A stretch of 64,000 bases of DNA from Octopus sinensis (Eukaryota). Under the pieces are notes generated by a model. The model saw only the letters and a program-made list of their open reading frames with translations, searched no databases and was not told the origin of the DNA. Location of the stretch: contig NC_043003.1 in assembly GCF_006345805.1 (NCBI RefSeq), positions 88,040,001 to 88,104,000 on the forward strand, read 5' to 3'. This document shows, in pieces, positions 50,574 to 62,200 of the stretch. How positions within the stretch are numbered: the stretch's first letter is position 1; each line of letters starts with the position of its first letter. Both the position numbers and the translations under genes were made by a program.

Positions 50574-52835
50574 TCAATATAGGGTGGCAAAAAATTTTGT
50601 AGAATTTTTTTGCCACCAGCGGCCTAGTGGGAAAAAATTAAATAGTCATAGACCATTTTTAAGTTCAATATCACAATCAAGGAACGGCCATAATAGGCCA
50701 TTCACCACTAGAATAACAGCCAAAGCTTCAACCGCAAATAAACATCAATTCCGTAAACCAGGAGAAAATTAAAAAACATTTACCCTGTAATTTCTTATAC
50801 GATGCACCGTTTTATCTACTGTTTAATGGTAAACTAACCTGATTAAATTAAATCAAGCCAATCTTCCATAGGCCCTTAGAATCATCAGTAAGAAATAGCC
50901 AAGTCGGAACAGATATTTTCACGAGGCATTTCCGACCCTGCCTCGGCAATATCTGACCTAAAATTTTCAAATCATCGCACTCGCGCCAAATTTATCGGCA
51001 GCAAATAAATATAAGCCGCCGATTCCATTACGGAACTAACCAGAAAATTCATAATTAATCAATATAGGGTGGCAAAAAATTTTGTAGAATTTTTTTGCCA
51101 CCAGCGGCCTAGTGGGAAAAAATTAAATAGTCATAGACCATTTTTAAGTTCAATATCACAATCAAGGAACGGCCATAATAGGCCATTCACCCACTAGAAA
51201 TAACAGCCAAAGCTTCAACCGCAAATAAACATCAATTCCGTAAACCAGGAGAAAATTTAAAAACATTTACCCTGTAATTTCTTATACGATGCACCGTTTT
51301 ATCTACTGTTTAATGGTAAACTAACCTGATTAAATTAAATCAAGCCAATCTTCCATAGGCCCTTAGAATCATCAGTAAGAAATAGCCAAGTCGGAACAGA
51401 TATTTTCACGAGGCATTTCCGACCCTGCCTCGGCAATATCTGACCTAAAATTTTCAAATCATCGCACTCGCGCCAAATTTATCGGCAGCAAATAAATATA
51501 AGCCGCCGATTCCATTACGGAACTAACCAGAAAATTCATAATTAATCAATATAGGGTGGCAAAAAATTTTGTAGAATTTTTTTGCCACCAGCGGCCTAGT
51601 GGGAAAAAATTAAATAGTCATAGACCATTTTTAAGTTCAACATCACAATCAAGGAACGGCCATAATAGGCCATTCACCACTAGAATAACAGCCAAAGCTT
51701 CAACCGCAAATAAACATCAATTCCGTAAACCAGGAGAAAATTAAAAAACATTTACCCTGTAATTTCTTATACGATGCACCGTTTCATCTACTGTTTAATG
51801 GTAAACTAACCTGATTAAATTAAATCAAGCCAATCTTCCATAGGCCCTTAGAATCATCAGTAAGAAATAGCCAAGTCGGAACAGATATTTTCACGAGGCA
51901 TTTCCGACCCTGCCTCGGCAATATCTGACCTAAAATTTTCAAATCATCGCACTCGCGCCAAATTTATCGGCAGCAAATAGATATAAGCCGCCGATTCCAT
52001 TACGGAACTAACCAGAAAATTCATAATTAATCAATATAGGGTGGCAAAAAATTTTGTAGAATTTTTTTGCCACCAGCGGCCTAGTGGGAAAAAATTAAAT
52101 AGTCATAGACCATTTTTAAGTTCAACATCACAATCAAGGAACGGCCATAATAGGCTATTCACCCACTAGAAATAACAGCCAAAGCTTCAACCGCAAATAA
52201 ACATCAATTCCGTAAACCAGGAGAAAATTTAAAAACATTTACCCTGTAATTTCTTATACGATGCACCGTTTCATCTACTGTTTAATGGTAAACTAACCTG
52301 ATTAAATTAAATCAAGCCAATCTATTATGGCCGTTCCTTGATTGTGATGTTGAACTTAAAAATGGTCTATGACTATTTAATTTTTTCCCACTAGGCCGCT
52401 GGTGGCAAAAAAATTCTATAAAACTTTTTGCCACCCTATATTGATTAATTATGAATTTTCTGGTTAGTTCCGTAATGGAATCGGCGGCTTATATTTATTT
52501 GCTGCCGATAAATTTGGCGCGAGTGCGATGATTTGAAAATTTTAGGTCAGATATTGCCGAGGCAGGGTCGGAAATGCCTCGTGAAAATATCTGTTCCGAC
52601 TTGGCTATTTCTTACTGATGATTCTAAGGGCCTATGGAAGATTGGCTTGATTTAATTTAATCAGGTTAGTTTACCATTAAACAGTAGATGAAACGGTGCA
52701 TCGTATAAGAAATTACAGGGTAAATGTTTTTTAATTTTCTCCTGGTTTACGGAATTGATGTTTATTTGCGGTTGAAGCTTTGGCTGTTATTTCTAGTGGG
52801 TGAATGGCCTATTATGGCCGTTCCTTGATTGTGAT
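50566..52835. repeat. 485/487-bp satellite: 3.6 forward units plus ~1.05 inverted unit
   Basis: Units start at 50566, 51051, 51538 and 52023; orientation flips at ~52323; near-identical units. Confidence 0.97.
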
Positions 52836-52877
52836 ATATATATATATATATATATATATGTATACATATGTATACAT

Positions 52878-53421
52878 GCATCTTTACTAGTACATACGCA
52901 GTGAAGCTATACATTAGCGTCGTATTTATTACGTTCGCTATTTTCCAGTAGATATCGGTGCTTCGTTGTACCATTTATTTACTTTTATGTATAATTTTAC
53001 CCTCACGGGCTATCCTTTACTGGAAAGCAATACTCTCGTATTGCATTACTATTTTCATTGAAACTTCTTCACTGTTCTCGTTCTGTTAACATTTTGGCGT
53101 TCAGACGAGTGTACTGGCATAGATGTGGCAACATTTGAAATATTGTCGAGGTTTATGCAGCTGATGAAGATAAATCAAATATACGCTTGCCAAGCATATT
53201 TTGAAAAATCCGAAACTGGTACAGCATTATCCGTTATCTAGGTTTTTCATTTTTCAGATGTTTTTCCTAGAGGTAAGACAATTTTTTTCATGTTTGTTGC
53301 ACACACGCATCTTTACTAGTACATACGCAGTGAAGCTATACATTAGCGTTGTATTTATTACGTTCGCTATTTTCCAGTAGATATCGGCGCTTCGTTGTAC
53401 CATTTATTTACTTTTATGTAT
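52878..53421 (+). mobile_element. 429-bp-period unit (1.27 copies) carrying a hammerhead; PLE pseudo-LTR or retrozyme-like
   Basis: 52878-52992 repeats at 53307-53421, with the hammerhead between them. Confidence 0.6.
53155..53227 (+). ncRNA. Type I hammerhead ribozyme-like motif
   Basis: Stem I ATGCAG/CAGCAT (5 of 6 pairs); core CTGATGA; long stem II hairpin; GAAAC-TG-GTA cleavage context. Confidence 0.7.
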
Positions 53422-53453
<32 letters not shown>

Positions 53454-53460
53454 GTATATA

Positions 53461-53760
53461 TAACGGGAAGCTTTATGAAAATAAACAAAAGACGAGGGCA
53501 GGAGGAGTACAAACAAACAATTGTATTAGTATGGCGCTCAGGAATAGAAATAAAACAAGTCTTTTACGTTTCGAGCCTACGCACTTCAACAGAAAGATAC
53601 ACAGAAAAGAAACACGGAGAGAAACAAGGAGAGAAAAAAAATTTGTGCAGGAGCTAACGAATCAACACGGCGGTCTGATTTCGGCCAGAAGTCAGAGATC
53701 AGACGTGAGACGCAAGAAGGAAAGTAGGGGAGATAACAGGGTCAAATGACTTCGCCCCAA
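53461..53760 (-). mobile_element. Penelope-like terminal region with hammerhead-like motif (53560-53597)
   Basis: Homologous to 23681-23875; TCTTT-CTGTTGA-AGTGCGTAGGCTC-GAAACGTA-AAAGA. Confidence 0.55.
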
Positions 53761-54185
53761 CATAAGGGTGCGTGTGTGTATGAGAGAGTATGTATGTGCA
53801 TATGAGAGGTCTGGACGTGTGTATGTACGATGTGATGTGTAATATCGTATAGTGTAGTGTAGAGAGAGGAGATGAGGGGGAGAAGAAGGAAGGAGAGGAG
53901 AAGAGAAGGGGGATGGGAAAGGAGGGGAGAGGACAGGGGGAGGGAGCAGAGAGAAAGAGGGAAGGGGAAGAGGGAAGAAGAAAGAGGAAAGAAGAGGAGG
54001 GAAAGAGAGTAGGAGTGAAAAGAGGAAGGACTGAAGAGAAGTAGGAGTCAGGGGGGAGAGTTGAGACCAAATGGCGTAAAAGAGCGAAGAGAGAAGATTA
54101 ATCCCTGTTCACGGCGCAAACAGGTGTTGTAAGGAGTGACCGGTGGAGCGGAAATGGTGTGAGACCGGTGTGTCGTTGGCAAGGC

Positions 54186-54394
54186 AATGATCTGGCAATG
54201 TTTCTATGGCTGGATGCCCTTCCTAATGCCAACCACTCCATGAGTGTAGTGGGTGCTTTTTACGTGCCACATGAGGCTGGCAAATGGCCACGGTCGGATG
54301 GTGCTTTTTACGTGCCACCGGCACAGAGGCCAGGCGAGGCTGGCAAACAGCCACGATCGGATGGTGCTTTTTATGTGCCACCGGCACGGAAGCC
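54186..54394 (-). mobile_element. RTE 3' UTR fragment
   Basis: CTGGATGCCCTTCCTAATGCCAACCACTCC and repeated GGTGCTTTTTACGTGCCAC units. Confidence 0.85.
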
Positions 54395-55674
54395 AAAAAT
54401 TATTTAAAAAAATAAAAAAAGTAAACAAAAAGGTAAAAATAAAAGTAAAAGTAAAATCAGAGAAATCCCAGAAAAGATAGGAAAAAAAATAAGAAGAAAA
54501 ATAGGAAAACGTAGGAAAGAAATAGGAAGGGGAAAATTAGAGAAAAATTATAAATCATGTACCGCGACATCCTTTGTGTTTGTATATATATATATATACA
54601 TGTGTGGGCTTGTATATTCGGGAATATATAGGTATGTGGATATGTGTGTGCATGTATATGTACATGTATATGTGTGTGCATGTATGTATGTGTACATCTG
54701 TATGTGTATGTATGGGTATATGTATATGTATGTGTGAGTATGTGTGTGTATATATGTGTATGTATATATATATGTATATGTATGTGTGTATATGTATGCG
54801 CATGTGTGAACATGTACACACACGCACATATATATATATGTTTATTGAGTTTTACATGCGTGTGGTTATGTGTGTGTACAGATACCTATATCTGTACATA
54901 TCATTAGTTGTATGAAACAGGTTTATATATGTGCGCGTGGGTAAGTATGTAGACACAGATACTAGATATACTTAAAGCATGTAGCGACAGATTGCTATAA
55001 ACTGACCACTCACTACAACAATATCAAATTTCATTCCCCCTCCTCTGATAATCAGAAGTAATTTATGACACTTACCCAACATCAAAACCTAAATCTCAAC
55101 TTTTTAACATCTTATCTCTCTATCTTAATTCTTTTGTCTTTATTATCACTTTATATCTTTTTATTTTTGTATATTTTACATTTTTACAATACATTTCTAT
55201 AATTTACAGTTTTATACCTTATGTTTTTTTAAAATAATTTATTGTTTTATTGTATTATATCATTAGTATTTATATTTTTTTTACTTGTGATCCCAACATT
55301 ATTACCTTTTCTCCCCTTTTTTTATTTCTCTTCCCCTCTATTTTTTTCTTATTTTCCTTCCCACTTTTTTCTTTCCTTTCCTCTCCATACTCTCCCTATT
55401 TATTTTCTCTATTTCTTCTTTTCTCCACCTTCACTTCCCTTACAAGAGGAATGAACCCACTCGAATCTACTCAACATTCACTCTATGTTGACTGATGATA
55501 CAGTATGGACGGATTTTCGAAGTCCAATGATACCCTACACACCTATTGGATTATGAAGATTTACAAACATACTTTCACAGTGATACTCAATATACCTACC
55601 ATTATAGATAATACCAAATGTACCTTTTCGAATTTTTCATAATGTGATGTAAGTGTTTGGTATAGCAATTGCAT

Positions 55675-55766
55675 GTGGCTGAAGAGAGCTTTAAACCATC
55701 TGTTCTGTCGATTATAAATTGATGAAAGAATAGGTTGTTTTATAAATCCTGAAACACGTGTACTGC
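55675..55766 (+). ncRNA. Type I hammerhead-like motif, copy 1
   Basis: GTGG-CTGAAGA-stem II-GAAAC-ACGT-GTA-CTGC; stem I held by two G-U pairs. Confidence 0.6.
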
Positions 55767-56978
55767 GACATCCTTTGTGTTCTGTTTTTTATTTCATTTG
55801 ATGCATATACCCTCTCACCTCTGCCACTAGCGGGCATATACAGGTGCTTACACTTATCAAGTATTCACCCTGAATTTATATATATATATATATGTATGGG
55901 TATATATATTACTCTTTTACTCTTTTACTTGATTCAGTCATTTGACTGCGGCCATGCTGGAGCACCGCCTTTAGTCGAGCAAATCGACCCCGGGACTTAT
56001 TTTTTGTAAGCCCAGTACTTATTCTATCGGTCTCTTTTTGCCGAACCGCCAAGTGACGGGGACGTAAACACACCAGCATCGGTTGTCAAGCAATGCTAGG
56101 GGGACAAACACAGACACACAAACACACACATATATATATATGTTTATTGAGTTTTACATGCGTGTGGTTATGTGTGTGTACAGATACCTATATCTGTACA
56201 TATCATTAGTTGTATGAAACAGTTTATATATGTGCGCGTGGGTAAGTATGTAGACACAGATACTAGATATACTTAAAGCATGTAGCGACAGATTGCTATA
56301 AACTGACCACTCACTACAACAATATCAAATTTCATTCCCCCTCCTCTGATAATCAGAAGTAATTTATGACACTTACCCAACATCAAAACCTAAATCTCAA
56401 ACTTTTTAACATCTTATCTCTCTATCTTAATTCTTTTGTCTTTATTATCACTTTATATCTTTTTATTTTTGTATATTTTACATTTTTACAATACATTTCT
56501 ATAATTTACAGTTTTATACCTTATGTTTTTTTAAAATAATTTATTGTTTTATTGTATTATATTCATTAGTATTTATATTTTTTTTACTTGTGATCCCAAC
56601 ATTATTACCTTTTCTCCCCTTTTTTTATTTCTCTTCCCCTCTATTTTTTTCTTATTTTCCTTCCCACTTTTTTCTTTCCTTTCCTCTCCATACTCTCCCT
56701 ATTTATTTTCTCTATTTCTTCCTTTTCTCCACCTTCACTTCCCTTACAAGAGGAATGAACCCACTCGAATCTACTCAACATTCACTCTATGTTGACTGAT
56801 GATACAGCATGGACGGATTTTCGAAGTCCAATGATACCCTACACGCCTATTTGATTATGAAGATTTACAAACATACTTTCTCAGTGAAACTCAATATACC
56901 TACCATTATAGATAATACCAAATGTACCTTTTCGGATTTTTCATAATGTGATGTAAGTCTTTGGTATAGCAATTGCAT

Positions 56979-57070
56979 GCGGCTGAAGAGAGCTTTAAAC
57001 CATCTGTTATGTTGATTATACATTGATGTAAGAATAGGTTGTTTTATAAATCTTGAAACACGTGTACCGC
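56979..57070 (+). ncRNA. Type I hammerhead-like motif, copy 2
   Basis: GCGG-CTGAAGA-GAG...CTT-GAAAC-ACGT-GTA-CCGC; perfect 4-bp stem I; palindromic ACACGTGT stem III. Confidence 0.7.
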
Positions 57071-57214
57071 GACATCCTTTGTGTTCTGTTTTTTATTTCA
57101 TTTGATGTATATACCCTCTCACCTCTGCTACTAGCTGGCATATACAGGTGCTTACACTTATCAAGTATTCACCCTGAATTTATATATATATATATATGTA
57201 TGGGTATATATATT

Positions 57215-57606
57215 ACTCTTTTACTCTTTTACTTGATTCAGTCATTTGACTGCGGCCATGCTGGAGCACCGCCTTTAGTCGAGCAAATCGACCCCGGGAC
57301 TTATTTTTTGTAAGCCCAGTACTTATTCTATCGGTCTCTTTTTGCCGAACCGCCAAGTGACGGGGACGTAAACACACCAGCATCGGTTGTCAAGCAATGC
57401 TAGGGGGACAAACACAGACACACAAACACACACATATATATATATATACGACAGGCTTCTTTCAGTTTCCGTCTACCAAATTCACTCACAAGGCATTGGT
57501 CGGCCCGGGGCTATAGCAGAAGACACTTGCCCAAGATGCCACGCAGTGGGACTGAACCCGGAACCATGTGGTTGGTTAGCAAGCTACTTACCACACAGCC
57601 ACTCCT
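57215..57606 (-). mobile_element. tRNA-derived SINE (family A), full length; its 3' half is duplicated at ~55913-56130
   Basis: Same head and body as the 10441 and 29803 copies. Confidence 0.88.
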
Positions 57607-57627
57607 GCGCCATATATATATATAATA

Positions 57628-58416
57628 TCATCATCATCATCATCATCATTGTTTAGCATCCGCTTTCCATGCTGGTATGGGTTGGACGGTGCAACTGGGG
57701 TCTGGGAAGCCAGAAGGCTGCACCAGGCCCAGTCTGATCTGGCAATGTTTCTACGGCTGGATGCCCTTCCTAACGCCAACCACTCCATGAGTGTAGTGGG
57801 TGCTTTTTACGTGCCACTGGCCACAATCGGATGGTACTTTTTACGTGCCACCGGCATGGAAGCTAGTCGGGGCGGCACTGGCAACGGCCACGTTCGGATG
57901 GTTCTCTTATGTGCCACCGGCACTGGTATTACAGCTACAATTTCCATTCATGTTGATTGATTTTGATTTTTGATTTTGATCTTGATTTTCACTTGCCTCA
58001 ACAGATCTTCACAAGTAGAGTTTTGTGTCCCAAGAAGGAAAGGTATGCATAAGTGGACTGAGGCCATGGATTATGGTCTCACTTGTCCTGCTGAGTCTTC
58101 TCACACACAGCATACTTCAAAAGGTCTTGGTCTCTAGTCATTTCCTTGGTGAGACCTAAAGTTCTACTTCGTCAAATGCTTCAAGTAATATGTCCCTAAA
58201 TCTCTGTCCATTTGCAGGATCTTTAAGCTTCCAGATCCTTCTTCTCCATGTTGGTCGTCCTCTTAGTCCTGATCCTAAAGTCACTAACTACCAGTCTATG
58301 TTGTGGGGTATATTCTTCGCCTGGGAAGGTTTTGGCATTTATAAGCAGCCATCTTTCCCTTTTTCTGGCAAGGATGTAGTCAATTTGGCTGGTATGTCGA
58401 CCCGATTGGTAGGTGA
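57628..58416 (-). mobile_element. Internally deleted RTE copy (3' UTR joined to an endonuclease-region piece)
   Basis: (CAT)n tail; 58170-58416 is the reverse-complement homolog of ~60165-60425. Confidence 0.85.
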
Positions 58417-59298
58417 AAGCTAAGTGATTCTTCTTTTCAGCCTCGCTTCAACTACCTTCTATCTTTGCACGTATCATCATTATTCTTTCACTATTCTTCG
58501 ATTACTATCTCATTGTATTGTTCCTCTTTCTTTCAGTATTCCCTCATTACCCTGTCTAGCTCAAACATTTTTTTTGTTTAGTCTTGTCTCCCGGTTCATA
58601 GCCACTTATCTTCCCCATAAAAATTCTCATTCTCTCTGATTTTTCAAACCTATTTTCTTGCTCACACGATTAACAGAACCTCTTTCTAGGTTATGGACTA
58701 GTTAGATTGCCTGACAAACTCAGATTTTACCTGTTTTGCCCCAAGACTATATTAGTTATCAAATAATGATTATTATCTACAATGCCGTCCCCTTTCAACT
58801 ATGCTAGTCAAATTTCCTCACACCGCTTTATTCCCACGTGTTCCTCGACCACCTCTCTCCACCCCTCTCTAACTAACCCTATCTCTCTCCCTATGTTTCT
58901 CTATGTCCCTCCCCCTTTCCATAACCGTCATCGCCATATATAAAAGAGCGATCGCATTATCGTTAACCCCACTCGCTTCCAAATATCTAAAGATGAAATA
59001 CGCACAGATCATGAATGGCTAAAGCTAAGTGATTCTTCTTTTCAGCCTCGCTTCAACTACCTTCTATCTTTGCACGTATCATCATTATTCTTTCACTATT
59101 CTTCGATTACTATCTCATTGTATTGTTCCTCTTTCTTTCAGTATTCCCTCATTACCCTGTCTAGCTCAAACATTTTTTTAGTTTAGTCTTGTCTCCTGGT
59201 TCATAGCCACTTATCTTTCCCATAAAAATTATCATTCTCTCTGATTTTTCAAACCTATTTTCTTGCTCACACGATTAACAGAACCTCTTTCTAGGTTA
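58417..59298. repeat. ~277-bp direct repeats with ~606-bp period
   Basis: AAGCTAAGTGATTCTTCTTTTCAGCC...CTCTTTCTAGGTTA at ~58417-58693 and ~59023-59298. Confidence 0.9.
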
Positions 59299-62200
59299 CA
59301 GTGCACCCACCCTCCCACCCCCTCCACACATGCCGGAAGTTCCTATTCTTGGCCATCCCGGGGTTGCTTCCCATGAAGACTGCAAATGCTCTTTCACCAT
59401 CCCTACCCCTAGTCTCGACCTATGTAAGGTAATGTTCATACAGTGCAAAATATGAAAGGCTAATGTTATGCAGGTTGTACTGAAGGCTACTTTATTACTT
59501 GCACATGAATTCTGCCAAATGCGAGCTTTCTTTTCAGGTACACGAAGCTACTGTTCACCGTCCCAGGGTCTCTAGGGCCCATGCCTCCCACACCCTCAGG
59601 GTTGGCACACTGAAAGGTAGGTCTGGTGAGATAGTCGAGATGCTTGAACGGAGATGTGTGGATATATGTTGCATGCAAGAAATAAGGTGGAGAGGAGGAT
59701 CTGCTAGGTTCCTCACAGGCAAGGAACGCAGGTACAAGATTTTCTGGGCAGGGAACACTGATGGGGTTGGTGGCGTGGGTATACTTATCGCTGAGAAATG
59801 GGTAGATAAAGTAATTGAGGTAATCAGAGTATGTGACAGAATACTTAAGATTAGATTAATGCTTCATCATAGTTTAGCAACCATTATATCAGCCTATGCT
59901 CCTCAGTCGGGGCTACCCGATGGACAGAAAGACCGATTCTATGACACTCTACTGCAGACTACCTCGTTGACGAACGACAGAGACCTTCTCTTTGTGGCTG
60001 GTGACTTCAATAGTCACGTTGGACGACATGCTGAGGGCTTCCATGGCGTACATGGAGGCTATGGCTATGGTTCCCGCAACGAGGAGGGAACCAGGTTGCT
60101 GGAGTTCTGCGATGCAAATAATCTTATGATTTGCAACACTAACTTCAGGAAACCTACCAGCCACCTAGTCACCTACCGATCGGGCCAACATACCAGCCAA
60201 ATTGACTACATCCTTGCAAGGCAAAGGGAGAGATGGCTGCTTATAAATGCCAAAACTTTCCCAGGCGAAGAATGTACCCCACAACATAGACTGGTAGTTA
60301 GTGACTTTAGGATCAGGACTAGGAGGACAACCAGAAGATGACCAATATGGAGAAGAAGGATCTGGAAGCTTAAAGATCCTGCAAATGGACAGAGATTTAG
60401 GGACATATTACTTGAAGCCTTTGACAAAGTAGAAGGGGATAGAGCATCACAGGGGGTAGAAGACAACTGGACGTTTCTAAGGGACAACCTGCTGAGAGCC
60501 ACTGACCAGATCTGTGGCTGGTGCAAAGTCCCCTCTCGACCTAGAATAACGTGGTGGTGGAACAATATTGTAGACAGGGCTATTAGAGAAAAGAGACAGG
60601 CTTGGAAGGTCTGGAAAAATGGGGGTAGCAGGGAATTGTATCAGACTGCCAAAAGAGAAGCTAGGAGACAGGTTTATTTAGCCAGAGGGGAAGCAGATAA
60701 GAAAAAATTTGCCAATGTTCTGCGCCGTGAGGACCAAAGACTGGAGGTGTTTCGCGTTGCAAGACAGTGTGTGAGAGAGAATCATGATGTGGTAGGAGAG
60801 AAGCGTGTTCGCATGGAAGATGGTTCACTTGCGCTAAATGAGGATGCAAAGAGAGAGGTTTGGAGACGCCACTATGAAAGGTTGCTGAATAAAGAAAATG
60901 AATGGGATAAAGAGAGTCTGCCGAATGTTGACCCAACAGAGGGATCAGATATCCGAGTTGATAGTTCCTTGGTAGTTAGGGCAATTAGAAGCATGAAGAC
61001 AGGGAAAGCCCCAGGCCCATCAGGAATCACTGCAGAGATGCTCAAAATGTCTGGTAGTGTCGGCTATAGCCTAGTCACCCGTATAGTTAATCAGGTGATA
61101 CACAAAGGAGCCATACCCAATGACTGGTGTACCAGCATAATAGTCAACTGCTACAAAGGTAAAGGTGACGCTCTAGATACAAATAATTACAGAGGTATCA
61201 AGCTGTTGGATCAGGTGATGAAGGTTACGGAGAGGGTCATAGCCTAACTAATTAGAGAGAGAGTTAGTTTAGATAAGATGCAGTTTGGGTTCGTGCCAGG
61301 GAAAAGTACCACTGATGCTATATTCCTGGTAAGGCAGCTGCAGGAGAAATACCTAGCCAAAGATAAGCCCCTGTACCTGGCTTTTGTTGACATGGAGAAA
61401 GCCTTCGACAGGGTCCCCCGATCCCTTATCTGGTGGTCAATGAGGAAACTAGGGATAGATGAATGGTTAGTGAGAGCTGTGCGAGCCATGTACAGGGACA
61501 CTGCTAGTAAGGTGAGGGTTGGCAACGAGTACAGTGAAGAATTTGGGGTAGAGGTAGGGGTCCACCAAGGCTCAGTCCTCAGCCCCCTCCTATTTATCAT
61601 AGTCCTCCAGGCAATAACGGAGGAATTCAAGACAGGATGCCCTTGGGAGCTCCTCTATGCTGATGACCTTGCTCTAATTGCTGAGTCACTATGAGAACTG
61701 GAGGAGAAGTTTCAGGTGTGGAAACAAGGATTAGAATCGAAGGGCCTTAGAATCAACCTAGCCAAAACCAAAGTCCTAATAAGTAGGAAGGTAAACCAAT
61801 CACAAACGCCTTCAGGTAGATGGCCCTGCTTGATCTGTAGAAAAGGTGTAGGTAGAAACTCTATAAGATGCACCAAGTGTAAACTATGGACACATAAGAG
61901 GTGCAGCAATGTCAAAGGAAGGCTAACTAGGAAAATGGTTTTTGTATGTGGCAGATGCTCAGGAACAATAAACAATGAAAATGCTCTGAGACCAACTTCC
62001 GTCACTTTCCAGGGAGAAAAACTAGAAATAGTTGATAGCTTCCGTTACCTAGGTGACCAAGTCAGCAGCGGGGGCGGGTGTGCTGAAAGTGTAACTGCTA
62101 GAGTAAGAATAGCTTGGGCAAAGTTCAGAGAGCTCTTACCTCTGCTGGTGACAAAAGGCCTCTCGCACAGAGTAAAAGGCAGACTGTATGATGCGTGTGT

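Larger units (their letters stand above)
54830..57440. repeat. 1302-bp tandem duplication (two copies, a few percent diverged)
   Basis: GTTTATTGAGTTTTACATGCG at 54840 and 56142; each unit ends in the 3' half of a family A SINE. Confidence 0.95.

Noticed and set aside
50566-52835. Regular repeat array as a possible CRISPR
   Set aside because: Units are ~485 bp and identical throughout, with no unique spacers and no cas genes; eukaryotic context.
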